DNA of 64,000 nucleotides from Eledone cirrhosa (taxonomy: Eukaryota): contig OZ024740.1 of the NCBI GenBank assembly GCA_964016885.1, positions 380,122,001 to 380,186,000 of the forward strand. The letters are read 5' to 3'. Under the pieces are notes generated by a model. The model was not told the DNA's origin, searched no databases, and saw nothing but the letters and a program-made list of their open reading frames with translations. This document shows positions 14,061-28,823 of this stretch, in pieces (the first letter of the stretch is position 1; the number at the start of each line of letters is the position of its first letter). The translations under genes were made by a program, and so were the position numbers.

Positions 14061-17000
14061 TCTCCTAGACGGGTTGCCTTCTCTGTGGCGTACGGAGCCT
14101 AATTCTATGGGTATGTGATTCTTTTACTGCTTTCAGTCATTTGACTCCAGCTTTTAAGTGGATTTAAACACCTATACCAACCCCCAGAATTTCAGCTAGT
14201 GTTTCTTTTATCGATCTCGTATGGTTGACAAGCAAAGTCATCCTACTACTTAAGCAACATAAATTACATGGATTTTTAATTGGTTCGTGTGACAGTCATG
14301 TTTCTCTAGCGGTCATCAATAATGTAATGTAAAATATAAATCAACACATGTTTGAAACCATATGGGGAACTCATATATTTTGAATCAGGTCATATTTTTA
14401 TGTCACAGCCCTCGTGATAATGATTTATTCTTGATCATAATATTCATAGTATGTAGGGTTATATAAAACTATTACTTTAACATCCTAAGTTGAGATCCGC
14501 TGCTGAGTCACTCATCGTACTAGAAACAATTATATTTCTCTTATGTCATAATCTACCGTCTAAACAATAATGTTGTACCTGGGATTAAGGAACAACTACA
14601 GTAGCAATCACTCTTACTTCAACTGAATTTTTTTAATTTTGTAAACACTCTTGCTATGTAATCTTTATTCACCTATACTCAAATATTTCCTCGAAATATC
14701 TTACAGTCTATTCGCTTCATATATCATATATAATATAATGGATTAGTGACTCAATGCGCAAACCTCGGTTTCAGGGAGCTAAGTGCCATTTTCCTACATC
14801 GCGTATTGAAGTTAGTATTGCAATATAACGAAGTTATTGCTGCTTATAACAATGAATTATACACTCACTACCATACCTAATTATAGATAGGTGGGCTTGG
14901 CTATTGAGAATTAAATCTTTGAATCCTGGATAAGATAATAAAATATGAACATACAGTAATTTATATATTATTAGCATTTTTCTAAGTAAAATTATTAGAC
15001 GTACTAGAAACTACATGTCTAAAATTTCAGTGCAATATTTCAAACATAGTTCTTTCGAATATACGAGAACTCTCCTGGCAGATTGGTTCTTTCATCTAGT
15101 TGTGATTTCCGTTAGTCGATCTTTCAATGAATGTAAAAATGCTCTGGGAATATCCTGAAGGCTCCAAATCCAATTTTATTTTCCCTCACTATGAAGCCAA
15201 CGCGTTTCACCAAAATTCAATCAAATCAGATGTTTAAAATGGATTTCGTCGAAGAAACAATCTTTTAAATATTGATATGACGAAGAGAGTGTATATTTAC
15301 ATCTGGAAAATATTTGATAAGATCTGTTCGATTTGGTTGACCTAGGACTAAACAACCTTGTAATACAGTAAATAATAACAGACTAACGAAGGGAACTCTA
15401 CGTAGCGATTCAAATTGCTAGAATTGGTAATCGAATCTGTCAAGAATCTCTCAATGCTGGTGTCCGAGAAACACAACCCCACCCCAAAAGCAATCAATTT
15501 GATTGCCTAGTATGACAACTTATAAAATACCCACTTTGTTATCATAAGTTACCATATTCTCAGCAGTACTCTTTTGCTAGAGAATGGGTCGCTGATGGCG
15601 GATAGATCTGCAGCCACCAGGTATGACACTTAATTGCGATATGTGGATATTTGCTGGACAAATAAACAACCCCAGACAAAGCAGTGGAAATGGATCAATG
15701 GCTGACACAGATAGCTCTTAAGAAAACTCTTACAGCGATGTAGTTACGACAAGGCAAGTGAAAGCCACTTCTTCGCAGATCTGAGAAAATTAACAAATTG
15801 GTGTCTGGCGCAAAGAACACCACAAAAAACTGCAGTATGATCAAATTCTATCGCATCACCTTTTGCGAAGGGTAACAAGCTACGCGTTCAGGCCTTAAGA
15901 AGAAGGGTCTGTTCAATAATTATAAAAATTTGCAGTCTCCTTGTAACGCCGAAACACTTGGTGATCGACCGGTGAATGGTCCTGAGAGGAATGTGATGAA
16001 CGCTAAACGGTTGCGTATCTCGAGACCCCAAAGCGGGTCTAGAGGAGAGCAAACATGAATAATTTGCAACTCATTAGATACTCCATATATATCTGCATAC
16101 AGAGTTGAACCCAAACATCGCATGTTTATAGCGGTAGGCTGTTTCTATCCTCCAGGATAGGTGCTAGTTAAAAGAGTGGATATATGCAAATTAAGGCTTT
16201 GGTCACGAAATCCACACACTGCAAGTAGTAGTATACGAATTGTTGACTTGCCTGTATGTTGACCGATACCCCATCGATTCCGCCATTCAAATAGACCTAT
16301 ACTTATACAAACGAAAAGGATTGCGATTGCGAGAACGTAAATTGCATAATAACCATTTTAACATTTCTGACATACTCCGGTCGCAGTGTCTTTAAACATT
16401 GCTCTATCTCACCTGGACAATGAAATTTTGCAGCAGCTGTATAAGAAAGCTATTACATCACATAGAAATATATTTACTTTCATATATTTGTATACAAATA
16501 GACACCACTGGGGAATATCGGGAAATAATAAAACATTGCAGCAGAATTTACTTTGTTGATATTTGCAGCTTTTCCCAGCCTCTAAAATAAATCATAAATT
16601 CAAAGTAGAACTGCACAATTTATATAAGATAATCTTACAACGTAATTGAAACCTATTTTGTATTGTATTTGGATTTTTACCTCTTCTTAATTATGTTTTA
16701 CTAAGTTTATATAAGACACCTGACGTCTAAAATTATTTAAGTTACTTAATTTTGAACTAATGTGATAGAAAAGAGAATCTATTTTCAATAATGCCGAAAT
16801 TGCATATAAACCGAATCATCGTCTACAATTATCGTATTGCATCCAAATGTGCAGCGAATATTGTTTTTGAAATGTTGCAAAAAAAAAAAAATCTAAATCT
16901 TATTAGAATCCTATCTTACATCAAAGACATCTCTGCATTTACAAACAATCGCATTCGGATCGTATTCACGACATTTTATAAATGATATGTTTCTACAATA

Positions 17001-17622
17001 ATAGATCTTACAATTATCTGTTCCGCATATATCCGTTAATATTAAACACCTGCTAGATTACTGTGATGTTATTACGTATTACAAACACCTTCATTATCAT
17101 TATTATTATATATATTTTTGACAATTCAAGTTCTATTAAAATTGCGACTCGTAATACAGTTTTCATGAAAAAATATATATCTTTATTGAGGGATGGGTAT
17201 GTAATGAATATATACGATTACATTAGCGTGAAGAAAATAGCTTAACGTGTTACACTATCAGTTATTTAACGCAACACAAAAAAAATTAGGACTTGAAACT
17301 AACATTAAGACTAACGGAGACGATAGAAACCCTCCTTTGGAGAATAAATACCTTCCTGGAGATTCCCTTTTCAGAGGTGGATGCTGGAATATATTTATTT
17401 TCCTGTAAGATAATTAAATACACATTAATCATACACTGCCCCAGCTGTCTATGAAGGTGAGCTATACCTGAATATGTCACATATTAACAGATATATTAGC
17501 AAGGAAAACAGTACATCTGTAGCAGGATACGACACACGACTTCAGGCTGTAATATTTGTAACATCTAATAAGAGTATTTTATTTTGTAATTGTTCCAATC
17601 ATAAAATGATTTAAAGACATAC

Positions 17623-18247
17623 CTGGATTTATCTTCTTCGGGTCTTCCGTTACTGGGAGTCCAACAACTAATGGATCGTAAGGCGTGCCACTGAAATATT
17701 TCGTCTTCACGTACTACATTTTAGGTAGGCCAACTTAGTGTAGGCTATACCACTCTAACATCTAGTTATAGGAATTATATCTACCCCAACAAACATTGTG
17801 TTGTTTCCTGCTTACAGCAGTGAGCTGAGTGCCCCACTGAAGTAGGTGGACTCAATGATTTGAAAGGTGTTTCGAGCATGTATGGAAATTCTAGGGGCAT
17901 ACTCTTCCTTTTATTCATTAACAAACCCTAATCTATCAGTTTTGATTTCTTATGCATAAGGAGATTTCTTTAAAAGGGTAATACAAATATCGGATACGAA
18001 TGAATTCCTTTTAATAGTATTACTGGTACTTTTCCGTTCATCCGTCAGTGTTCGATAAAATAAAGTGCCTGTCAAATACTGGGCTCAACTTAATAGACTC
18101 ACATTCTCCCGAAATTGATTACCTGGTGTTTATAACACTGACGTGTCATAAAGGTGGCATTCGATGATATATTCCACAAAACATTTAACGAAGAAGGATA
18201 TTTGAAGTATTTAGTTACATCGCTGATCGAATTTGGTCTTGATGCCT
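17623..18247 (-). CDS. Candidate three-exon coding fragment of unknown function (exons 18247-18103, 17890-17816, 17690-17623)
   Basis: AG acceptors and GTGAGT/GTAAGC/GTATGT donors. Phases join into an open peptide ASRPNSISDVTKYFKYPSSLNVLWNISSNATFMTRQCYKHQVINFGRI-ISIHARNTFQIIESTYFSGALSSLL-GTPYDPLVVGLPVTEDPKKINP. No recognised homology; could be chance or a decayed TE. Confidence 0.3.
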
Positions 18248-19065
18248 CTGGGTGGATAAAATAAAGTCCGGTAATAAAACTCAACTAATCGACTACACCC
18301 GCTTCTTAGAAAGTTGCAATCGTGTGAGAAAGTTCCAATCGTGTTAGAGACCAATATTAATATTAATGTTTATGTATTAATAAGTATTTTTTTCTGTTTT
18401 GATTATTTGTGACGACATAGTTCACCAGTTTTTCTATGAGCAACATTTTTCGTTCAAGCATATATTATCAATGGGAACTACCTAAACTTAGAAAACAAAA
18501 AGAAAATATTAATAATGATTTAAACGTTCTACGTGAGAAAGAAAATAAGTACATATTGCATTAAGTTCTTTAGTTTATGTATCATTCAAAAAATAACTAC
18601 CTTGTAATGTTATTTGGTTCTACTTAAGATCAAGGTTAATTGGATTGCAGCCTTTTAGCACTATCAACATGTCACACGTTGGGCTCAGTAATCAAATTAT
18701 GATGGTTTAATTAGACAGAAGTATTTTCTGATATCCTAGCAATAATCTACTGATGTGTTTTAGTTCCTAAAACAATTAAACTGAATTTACTTTAAGTGGA
18801 TTTATAAGAATAAATTAATAAATAAAACAGTAAAACAATGATCAAGAATTCTTTTTAGAAATTCGAAACGTTGAGTAACTGTAATTGAAGCAAATGGAAG
18901 AATATAATTATACAATGCTTGATGAAAAACGTTAAAGTTACCCGATTAATTTCTATGATATAAATTCATTGAATTAATATAAACGAGTTTGGTGCATCTC
19001 ACGATAATTTTCTGTTCCTCATTAAAGTTGTCTGTTGCGCCTCACTGTGACTTTGCGTTCATCTA

Positions 19066-19225
19066 GTCGGCGAATTAATCGTTAGCGCATAAGATAACAT
19101 GTATTGCGGTAATTGTTCCAGCTCTCTGTGCACTAACTTCAAGTCTCGTTGAGGTCAACTTAGCCTTTCATCCTTTCAGTGTGGATAAGATAAAGCACTA
19201 GTCCAGGGTGATGGGTCGGTGTAAT
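19066..19225 (+). mobile_element. Diverged SINE copy
   Basis: GAGGTCAACTTAGCCTTTCATCCTTTCAGTGTGGATAAGATAAAGCAC matches the SINE core. Confidence 0.65.
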
Positions 19226-20520
19226 ATAAAATACACATCCCAGCTCTTTAAATGTTGTTCAAATCTACTTGGATGATAAACTTAAACCGTAACCTGGTTT
19301 AACGCCACCACCTGGATATTAGGTTTTCTTATTTGAGTCCACTCTTTTGCAACCATTCCTTCCTTGCTCCCACCTGTCTGAGAGGCCCAGAAAAAAGGTT
19401 CATGGGCATTAATCCTGCCTCCCTGGTTAAACAGTGAAAAACATTGTCATCGAACGAGCGTTCTGGAGAGTGAAGCTATTGACAAACAAATTTCGTGATC
19501 TGGGTTCGAATCGAAATGGCAGTTAAGTTAATTACTTTACACGCGTTGATTATAACGCCTTGAAAAACGTTGGCGTCACATAAACTCATTTCCACTATCC
19601 CCCAGCTGTATATATATTTAGGTTCGCAGATGAACGTCTGTGCCATGACAAACTATATTCTTAATAATGTTCTGTAATGCAATAACAGCAGGATATCATT
19701 CTGACACTCTTTTTTATTATATTGATTATCATCAGTCATTCATAAACATTAACTTATAAGAATGGAATCTCAATATATAACTTCAAAGTAGTAAAACTTT
19801 ACACCCCTTTCAAATTATGTTTGCGCTAACTTGGTTTTATATCTCTCTATCGGTCAAGAAAAAAGTACCAGTAATTTACTAGAATAGATTTAATCGAATG
19901 TCCCCATTTTCTAGAGCTGTGTGCTAATGTACCAACGTTTGGAAATCAATATTAATAACTATAATGCAAATAAGAATAGTAAAAAAGAAACTCAACCTAT
20001 ACTTGAACGGTAAAGTATATATATATTTCATCTCATGTCGTGAATGCAATTATGTCGCCATATTTTGATACGAGATTTCTGTAGCAATACAAATGCATTT
20101 TAATTTAAACTACTAAGTGTGGCATAAGTCATAACATAAGTCGTAAACCATTGAGTCATTTGGGTATTATTGAAACTTAGTAGAGTACAACAGTGGAGAC
20201 ACTCAGTGCTGTGGAAGGAGCTTAGGCTTTCCAAAACTATCGATTACGATTTAATTTTAAAGAATAAAAAAGGAAGGAAACTAGATATTTTTGCATTTCT
20301 GAAAAGGCATTAGCAGTGACAAAAGAAAAGTAAAATTGATAGAATCGAGAACTTAAATCAAGTAGTAAATGTTACACAAGGCAATCACTGTATTTATTAT
20401 AAAGTGATTGCTTTAATATACTAGACTAAATTGATTAAAATGTATTTTGAGGTTTATCAAAGATTCTTATCGAAAGTGAGCTTATCTAGTTTAAACATTG
20501 TTCATGCAGGAATTCACACA

Positions 20521-20736
20521 GGAATTGGCAGAATCGCTAGTATGATGGACAAAATGCTTTGCTGTATCAGTTATAATTTTCTACGTTCTGAATTCACATC
20601 TTGTTGTGGTCGACTTTGACTTTCATCCTTCTGAAGTCGATAAAATGAAGTGCCTGTCTAATACTGGGGGTTGTTATAACCCAATTCCCTCCCCCACCCC
20701 AATTACTGGCTTATGCCAATGATAGAAATTATTATT
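20521..20736 (+). mobile_element. Diverged SINE copy
   Basis: GGAATTGGCAGAATCG...GGTCGACTTTGACTTTCATCCTTCTGAAGTCGATAAAATGAAGTGCC. Confidence 0.7.
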
Positions 20737-20824
20737 GATACATACACACCGATACACAAAATCAACCACACAATCAAAGGAACATTCATATACACACACA
20801 TGCATATAAGTGTGCTTATATATA

Positions 20825-20870
<46 letters not shown>

Positions 20871-21061
20871 GGTTTGTGGTTCACCACTGTATAGAGCTGG
20901 TCTATTCCGTATGGTCAATCGTAATGTAATAATATAGAGAGTACTCAACGTAAAGCAGTTCAACCGTCTTTGTTTGTGTAGTTGGTGGTGCTATTACGGA
21001 GTTAAATATTATAATGAAATGACAGGAGGCTGGATTTGTGTAAATCCTTGAAAGGTTTATT

Positions 21062-21119
21062 ATACTATGATCATTTCAATGACCGGGTTCCGTATGAATC
21101 CGGTGATATCATCAGGTAT
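21062..21119 (-). ncRNA. Type I hammerhead ribozyme within a (TA)n-flanked element (20868-21668)
   Basis: Minus strand: atac CTGATGA tatcaccggattcatacggaacccggtcatt GAAA TGATCA TA gtat; stem I atac/gtat; palindromic stem III. Confidence 0.8.
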
Positions 21120-21662
21120 TCGAAATATAATACGTGAATGTAATAGATAAAATCCATGGGGCTGAAAATCGAGGACCCGAGGGCGACCGCTATCTTGCAC
21201 CCTCTATCTTAGCCGGTCGCCCTCGAGTGACGTGGCTAAGGCTCACATTGTGCTACTACCGGTCAGATAAAGGAAAACAGAAAGGGATGGGAACATAAGT
21301 TACAAGACAAAAGAAAGAAAGAAAGGAAGAAGAGAAGCCAGCGTTAATGTCAGCTATAAGAAGAAACACAGAAAGAAAGAGGAGGAAAGGTCGGTATTAC
21401 AGTCAGGCCAGGATTGTCGCGAAGAAATTTTTTTATTCTACGGGACCCGTATCTAAACAACTACTACCGGTCAGATATAGGCGAACAAAAAGGGGGAAGG
21501 AAGATAAGTCTGCGGGAGGAAGACAGAAAGATGGGAGAAAAGAAGGAAGAAAAGGAAGAAGTAGAAGAGTAAGGGTTGATGGCTACAAGAAGGAAGATAG
21601 AAAGAAAGAGGAAGAAAGGTCGATATTAATGTCAGACTACAGTCGGGCCAGGAGTGGCGCGA

Positions 21663-21701
<39 letters not shown>

Positions 21702-21850
21702 TAGACCACCCGTTGGATCACGTTCACTTAAAAATATTTTTTAGAAATCATGTTCACTTAAAATAATATTTAAATAATTAGAATATACACAGACATGTAT
21801 GTAATGTAAAAGGAAATTGGAACGCCAATATATATATATATATATATATA

Positions 21851-22289
21851 TAATGGAAAAATTTGAACAGGAACAAAACAGAGAGGCAGTACAACGAATG
21901 TTTATTAATTTCACGCTCTGGAGAGTGGGGTGGTGGTGGGGAACGACATTTCGGGCATAAGCTCTTCTTCAGGTGAGAAGTGTGTGGGAACAGAGTTCAA
22001 AGGGTGTGTAGGGGAGTAGGTAATGCGTGGAAGGAAAGACCAAGTGTGGGAAGGTGTGTAAAGTTCGGAGAATGGTCACGGCGGATTAGATCGGGGTTGA
22101 GCCGGTAGTTAAGTTATGTTCCAAGGGATGGAAGCCGTGTGAGCGTGTATTATATATAATGGAAACATTTGAACAGGAACAAAACAGAGAGGCAGTACAA
22201 CGAATGTTTATTAATTTCACGCTCTGGAGAGTGGGGTGGTGGTGGGGAACGACGTTTCGGGCATAAGCCCTTCCTCAGGTGAGAAGTGT
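21851..22289 (-). mobile_element. About 1.4 tandem 306-bp units, each with a minimal hammerhead (21941-21976 and 22247-22282)
   Basis: GAACAGGAAC at 21865 and 22171. Minus strand of copy 2: cac CTGAGGA a gggc ttat gccc GAAA CG TC; copy 1 has CTGAAGA...GAAA TG TC. Stem I pairing is weak. Flanked by (TA)n. Confidence 0.75.
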
Positions 22290-22310
22290 ATATATATATA
22301 TATATATATA

Positions 22311-22422
22311 TGAATAAAGTTAGTCCTTCATCAGTGATCTTCCAACCATCATTGGTATTTCATAAAGCGATGAAATACCAATGATGGTTGGAAGATCACT
22401 GATGAAGGACTAACATTATTCA
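22311..22422. repeat. About 52-bp-arm hairpin containing the 5' half of a hammerhead (CTGATGAAGGACTA)
   Basis: GTTAGTCCTTCATCAGTGATCTTCCAACCATCATTGGTATTTCA / TGAAATACCAATGATGGTTGGAAGATCACTGATGAAGGACTAAC. Confidence 0.85.
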
Positions 22423-22469
22423 TATGTAACCCATTAGCAACCCCGCAGCACGTTTATTCTCATATATAT

Positions 22470-22866
22470 ATATATTGGTAAACGGAATAGAAAATGCTGA
22501 CAAATTGTTCACAGTTGAAAAATGGTTTAATTAGGAATAAAAGAGTATTAGTGATTGTATGGGTTAGTATTCAGTTGTGGTTTTAAGTTTTTAAGTTTTT
22601 ACCGGTTGCGCATTTCTAAATGCTTTTCAAAAATAATTTTGAGATAGAGTGTCCGTGCTGTTTGCTCTGAGCAAACAGCACGGACACTCTATCTCAAAAT
22701 TATTTTTGAAAAGCATTTAGAAATTACGACCGGTAAAAACTTAAAAACTTAAAACCACAACTGAATACTAACCCATACAATCACTAATACTCTTTTATTC
22801 CTAATTAAACCATTTTTCAACTGTGAACAATTTGTCAGCATTTTCTATTCCGTTTACCAATATATA
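22470..22866. repeat. Near-perfect palindrome with about 198-bp arms (axis 22668), containing a decayed hammerhead
   Basis: Centre TTTGCTC-T-GAGCAAA. Minus strand 22596-22634 reads TTGAAAA gcattt ag aaatgc GCAA CCGG TA. Confidence 0.9.
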
Positions 22867-22961
22867 ATAACTTGTGTGTTACACCTCTATTCTTTTAACT
22901 ATATATATATATATAGTTTTGCGAGGTTTTTGATATGAAATCGTGTGTCGAAACAAATATT

Positions 22962-23682
<721 letters not shown>

Positions 23683-23949
23683 GTGCGTGTGTGTGTATAT
23701 GCACATATATATACACACATATACAGAGAGAAAAAAAATGGAAAACCTTCCTATTTAGCAGGAAATGTTCGCTAACACAAGTTATATGATACATATGATT
23801 TAATATTCAGTCACCAAATTTGACCTAGATACTGTAATGCTGTATTCGATTCTTTGAAGTCACTTGCTATAATTTCATTCAACAACACCCTCAGTTCTCC
23901 CCCCCCCCCCCCCCCTCTCTCTCTTTCAATGCCTCTCTTTCAATCTACT

Positions 23950-25150
23950 ATCTCACAATCACTATATCTTGAGATATAAAGTGAACATTTCTAAGTCGAA
24001 TTTTCCCATGAAATGCAGGCGGCGAGAAAGGAATTCCAGGAAGTATCAACTCTGGAGAGAACATGAAAAGTATTTGTGATATGAAAGGACGAGACATTTT
24101 ACGGGTGACGGGAGGGAGTGAGGTGTGTGTATAGTCTTGGTGTTGATAGTGAAGTAGTATGCTATAGCTAGTTCTGATGAGATAGTATAGTTTAATAGCT
24201 TTACAGATAGAGTGGTAAAACATTATGTTTGTGAGCTAATGGATGGGGTGTGTTACAGCGTGCACCTGTTTAGCCGGATTTTCTATAAAAGTGCATCAAA
24301 GCAATGAATTATAACCGCTGGGGTTTGTACTGAAACCCGGAGCAAATACAACAAAGCATTTAATTCAATTACCTCTCGACATCTTGAAGGATGCAACATA
24401 TTAATGAAATTGTTTACAAACCGTCTAGGATGGCTGTGTATAGAACTATATCAGGTATCAGTGCATTTTATTTGTAGAAAATCGGTGATTTATGAGGGCA
24501 GTTTTAGTAATGTAAACTCGGATTGGTATGAAAACATCAGAGGTTGTTAGGCTTTAATATCTGTGTATCATTCTCGTGTATGGCGTGTCGGGTGAAAGAG
24601 TGTTTATTTAATATGTGTAGCAATTGTATCTGTGAATTGTTCAAGCAGACCAAGTTCAAGCAGACCAAGTTCCCCTTGAGTGAACGTTTTCGAGATTTTT
24701 GTTAATTGAGACAGAACAATATGTTGCTTTTGGTATCTAGACTGTATGTAGATGTCACCTATGTCCAGAGGTTTAAAAGGAAGGCAGGGTTTGTTTTGTT
24801 ATTATAGAACTGTGCATTGCTATGAGTAATTGGAAGTAAAACTTACATGTGCAAAAGACTAAAAAAGAATAATTAATATTGGGATATACCATACATTAAC
24901 CAAAGAAAACCATAACGCACTTTGCACAGGAGCAGTATACGTCAACTCTAATACATCTGAGATGGATGGATATACATACGATGGACGATATAATGAGCAA
25001 GTTCTTGTGTCGAGCATGTTTGAAAGTTTTGGACATATCAATGGCAGCAAAATTGTATTCACAAAAGTTCTCAAGACCGTGAAGACACTGCTTCATGAAT
25101 AGAAGAGCAAATATTTAGTGGATCAGGGTTTACAAAAACTGTATTAGTAG
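23950..25150 (-). mobile_element. Highly degenerate LINE (CR1/Jockey-group) RT and 3' end
   Basis: AAIDMSKTFKHARHKNLL resembles RT ALDISKAFDRVWHKNLL; SRVDTSWNSFL resembles the ORF2 C-terminal R....WN.LP motif. Confidence 0.55.
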
Positions 25151-26054
25151 ACTCTGATGTGAAAGAAAGAAATGCATATCACCTTGATTAGACAATGATC
25201 AGATGGTTTCATATATTCAGAGATATTGGTTTTTGGCAAACTAATAACTTCGGGGGTTATATAAATCTCGTAATTATTATTGTAAGCGACAGCATGAGAT
25301 CCTAATTAATTTAATGGCTTTGAAAAACGTTTTGTACGTGGTAATATTCTACTTCTAACAATTGATTCTTCACATACATTCACCAGATGTTGTATTTTAA
25401 CGATGATTACTTTCTGTTATATTCTCGTCCACGTTTTAGCTAGTATCATTTCACTCCAGAAAATTATAGGTTATTTAAAACTTTTCGTAATGTTGATCGA
25501 ATTTCCTACAAATCATATTTTACATGACTTTGCTTGTCTTTTGAAAGTCAGCAGCAACAATTTAAATTGATTATTCTAACCTATTGTAAAACTATATTGA
25601 TGCTACTACGATTTTACGAATAATTGATGGTGATATCTTAACAGTATCAATAATTAATTGAATGAAATTTCACCAAATAAGAGAATTTTCTTCTATCAGT
25701 TTACATACCGTTTTATATTCCCGTACTGGATAATAATAGGTATCAGTTTTATATTTGAGTTTCAAGCTTTAATATCACCCTCAATATTTGTGTTCCTTCT
25801 CTCTCAAGCTATATCACTTCAGACTGTTAGAAAAGAGAATAAACCATTAAGAAACTACCCATAAACATTAATGTTCTTCTCTGCATTTCGAGAAATGGAA
25901 ACGATCGTAGAAATGTTTAAACTGATTTGAACAATAAATGTTTTGTTTATTCACCTAAATTGAAATATATATATATATATATAATTATAATTGAATATAA
26001 AAGAGAGCTAAACACAGATATATACATATGTGTGTTAAAATCGTAAGGGACCAG

Positions 26055-26426
26055 ATTCGCTAAGGTGAAGAAAATACTAACTATAGACAATAGGGTTTGC
26101 CAGACTCAATTTAAGACTAAATCAAGAAAATAAACACAAACTGGAATTGTGGTAACTACCAATCACTCAGACAGCGTTTGGCGAAGCTGTTTCACAAATT
26201 AATTGGTAATCCGTACCAATTCTTGCTCATCAGTGGGTGAAAAATTAGTAAGCTCCTCACTTCTAAGTATATCAGAAAACTGAATAGTGTGCGTATATGG
26301 TATTAGAACTGGGTGATTGGTAGTTTCCACAATTCCGGTTTGTATTTATTTTCTTGATTTATTCTTAAATTGAGTCTGGCAAACCCTATAGTTAGTATTT
26401 TTTTCACCTTAGCGAATATATACCTT

Positions 26427-26499
<73 letters not shown>

Positions 26500-26595
26500 C
26501 AAACCGGAATTGTGGTAACTACCAATCAACCAGACAGAGGATTACCAATTCTTGCTCATCAGTGGGTGAATAACTAGTAAGCTCCTCACTTCTAA

Positions 26596-26598
<3 letters not shown>
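26055..26598. mobile_element. Hammerhead element: forward copy, inverted arm (26310-26417) and an internally deleted third copy (26493-26598)
   Basis: 26055-26170 is the reverse complement of 26310-26417; flanked and interrupted by (TA)n. Confidence 0.85.
26163..26240 (-). ncRNA. Type I hammerhead ribozyme with a conventional looped stem III
   Basis: tcaccca CTGATGA gcaag aattggta cggat taccaatt aatttgt GAAA CAGC ttcgccaaac GCTG TC tgagtga; the inverted arm has tgggtga, giving a perfect stem I. Confidence 0.88.
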
Positions 26599-26633
<35 letters not shown>

Positions 26634-27018
26634 GTATATACGTTTGGGAGAAAGAATACTCAATACATGAGTAGAGTGATGGATATTTTATTACTGCTGT
26701 GAAACTAGAAACTATACCAGTGGCTTAAGTTCCAGGAGTTTCATGATTTGTTATGTTCATTTCATTTTACTGTAGTTGTTGAAAAGACCATTTCCCAAAA
26801 CGTTTACAGTTTAAACCAGTGGAAAGAGAATATTAGCTTTATAAAATATTTTTGAAATGTTACTGTTTGTTGGATAAAAATGTCACTCTTACATCACAAT
26901 CTTCTTAGTTTGTGTGTTTTTATTTTTTATTTTTCAATATGAAAATATAAGTTTATAATTCTATAAGGAGCACTGAGTATTTTCCAGTTGCACATTGTAT
27001 GGCATTATGTCTGTCGTA

Positions 27019-27157
27019 TAGAGTTACGGCCCTTGCCTTTCTGAGTTCAAATCCCGCCAAGGTTAACTTTGCCTTTCATCCTTACGGGGTCGATAAAATA
27101 AAGTACCAGTAATGCACTGGGTAATTGCTGGCCTTGTGCCTAACGTAGAAACAATTA
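27019..27157 (+). mobile_element. SINE copy (5'-truncated)
   Basis: Near-consensus core. Flanked by the direct repeat ATTATGTCTGTCGT (about 27004 and 27154), a likely TSD. Confidence 0.9.
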
Positions 27158-28752
27158 TGTCTGTCGTGCCTCATTTTTTGACAACATACTCTTTGTTCCA
27201 GAACTACAAATAAATGAAGATGAAATCAACTTTTGAATATTTCAGGTATGTATTTCTATCAACAACTGGAGAGGAATAGATAAGGCAAAACTCTGCGTGA
27301 TTTAAGATTAGAGTACATAAACTAAACGGTTTAAAACATTTAAAGCAGAGCTCTGTAGATTCTATCACTTCACACCTATTTAAAATTCTTGTAAGTATTG
27401 GGGAATTGTGTTTTTTTTTGTTTTTTTTTTCTTAGACGTAACAACCGTGTAGTTGAGATGAAATGGAAAAGCTACATTCATTCTTTAAAGTAGTACAATA
27501 GTCATTTAAGGGAATTGATTTTAATAGGGATAGGAACTCTGAAGATTATCTCTCCCCTATGTATATCTTAATGAAGACATCATTTTATTTGACCATCTAA
27601 TTGACTCACTGATCTTCGTAGTAAAGTCGTAATTATCGCTATAGAAAAATTAAAATTAAATATTTACACAAACTATAGGGAGGTTTAGGACAGATATTTA
27701 CGCTGCAAAAAGTGTATGAAACGTTTATATAACCGTAGTTATATCATATGATAAACAGATAACTATTTCATGTCTAGATAAAATGAATGGCAGCGGTGAC
27801 TGGATCTCCTTGTCAAATGCCGCATACAACGCCTACATCTCGTTATGCACTCATGATCTATGATTTAATAATTTATGCATCTCAGTACCTGGCACATACT
27901 TATCAGTCAATGCAGTCCATTAAATTAATCCAACTATAAAAATATGCTGAATAGTTTGTTAAAATTCTGAATGTTATTTTTTAGTTTTCATGCATTAACG
28001 TTAAGAGAGTGCGTAGTGCTGTTCTATTTGTCATTAAAGCGATTTTTATTCCTGACACATTTCCACATGATTGAGCATAGTCATTTCATCCATACCGTCA
28101 GATGACGCAAATATTCCAGAGAAAAACTATTTTAAAAGACTATAGTAGGAATAGATATATATTAAACGGAAAACACTAAAGCAATTTTGGTTTCTTACTT
28201 ATTTTGATAATAACATTTTATGCATGTTATCCATTTACTTCTTTCGGTCATTTACTTGTTTAATAAATCGGTAGAGTTGTTGCGTTCACGTCGCTCCAAT
28301 CAATAAACAGGTGTAAACATATTGAGCATTCCACGTCGTACACATTTTTCAAATATTATATGGGATCACCTGCGTAGTACACAATGATGGGTATATATCA
28401 CGATGGATTCAGTTTGAAACTGGTCAGGCCATTACTCGTTAGAGTACTGGATACGTGGGGTAGTAGAGTATGGTTATATTATAAAGAGTCGGGACCCGAT
28501 GGCTGTGCTCTTGACATTTCAACAGCTAGTTCCAGACTGATTGCCGATGGATGGTATTGGCGGTTAACTGACTCTGACATCAGGGGGCGTGGTTTGTACA
28601 AATAAGGACATACATTATTTATCCAATTGTAAATTCTCTTCATATAAGTGTTAATTTTGTTTTGTATTTAGGGGGTGGTTGTGTGTGTCGAAATGTAGGT
28701 TAGTGAGTCTGTATATGCATGTGTGCATCAGAGTGTATTTGCCTAGTCAACT

Positions 28753-28823
<71 letters not shown>

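Noticed and set aside
22470-22866. Interpretation of the palindromes as MITEs or foldback DNA transposons
   Set aside because: Arms often have unequal outer ends, include permuted or tandem copies, and carry oriented ribozymes. This fits retro-insertion better than TIR elements, though it is not formally excluded.
27202-27245. 44-nt exon-like segment (TTCCAG|...CAG|GTATGT)
   Set aside because: Good splice signals, but isolated, with no partner exons or recognisable peptide.
28384-28605. 73-aa ORF, and a GC-box/CCAAT-like cluster on the minus strand
   Set aside because: No homology or linked gene; short motifs alone are insufficient.
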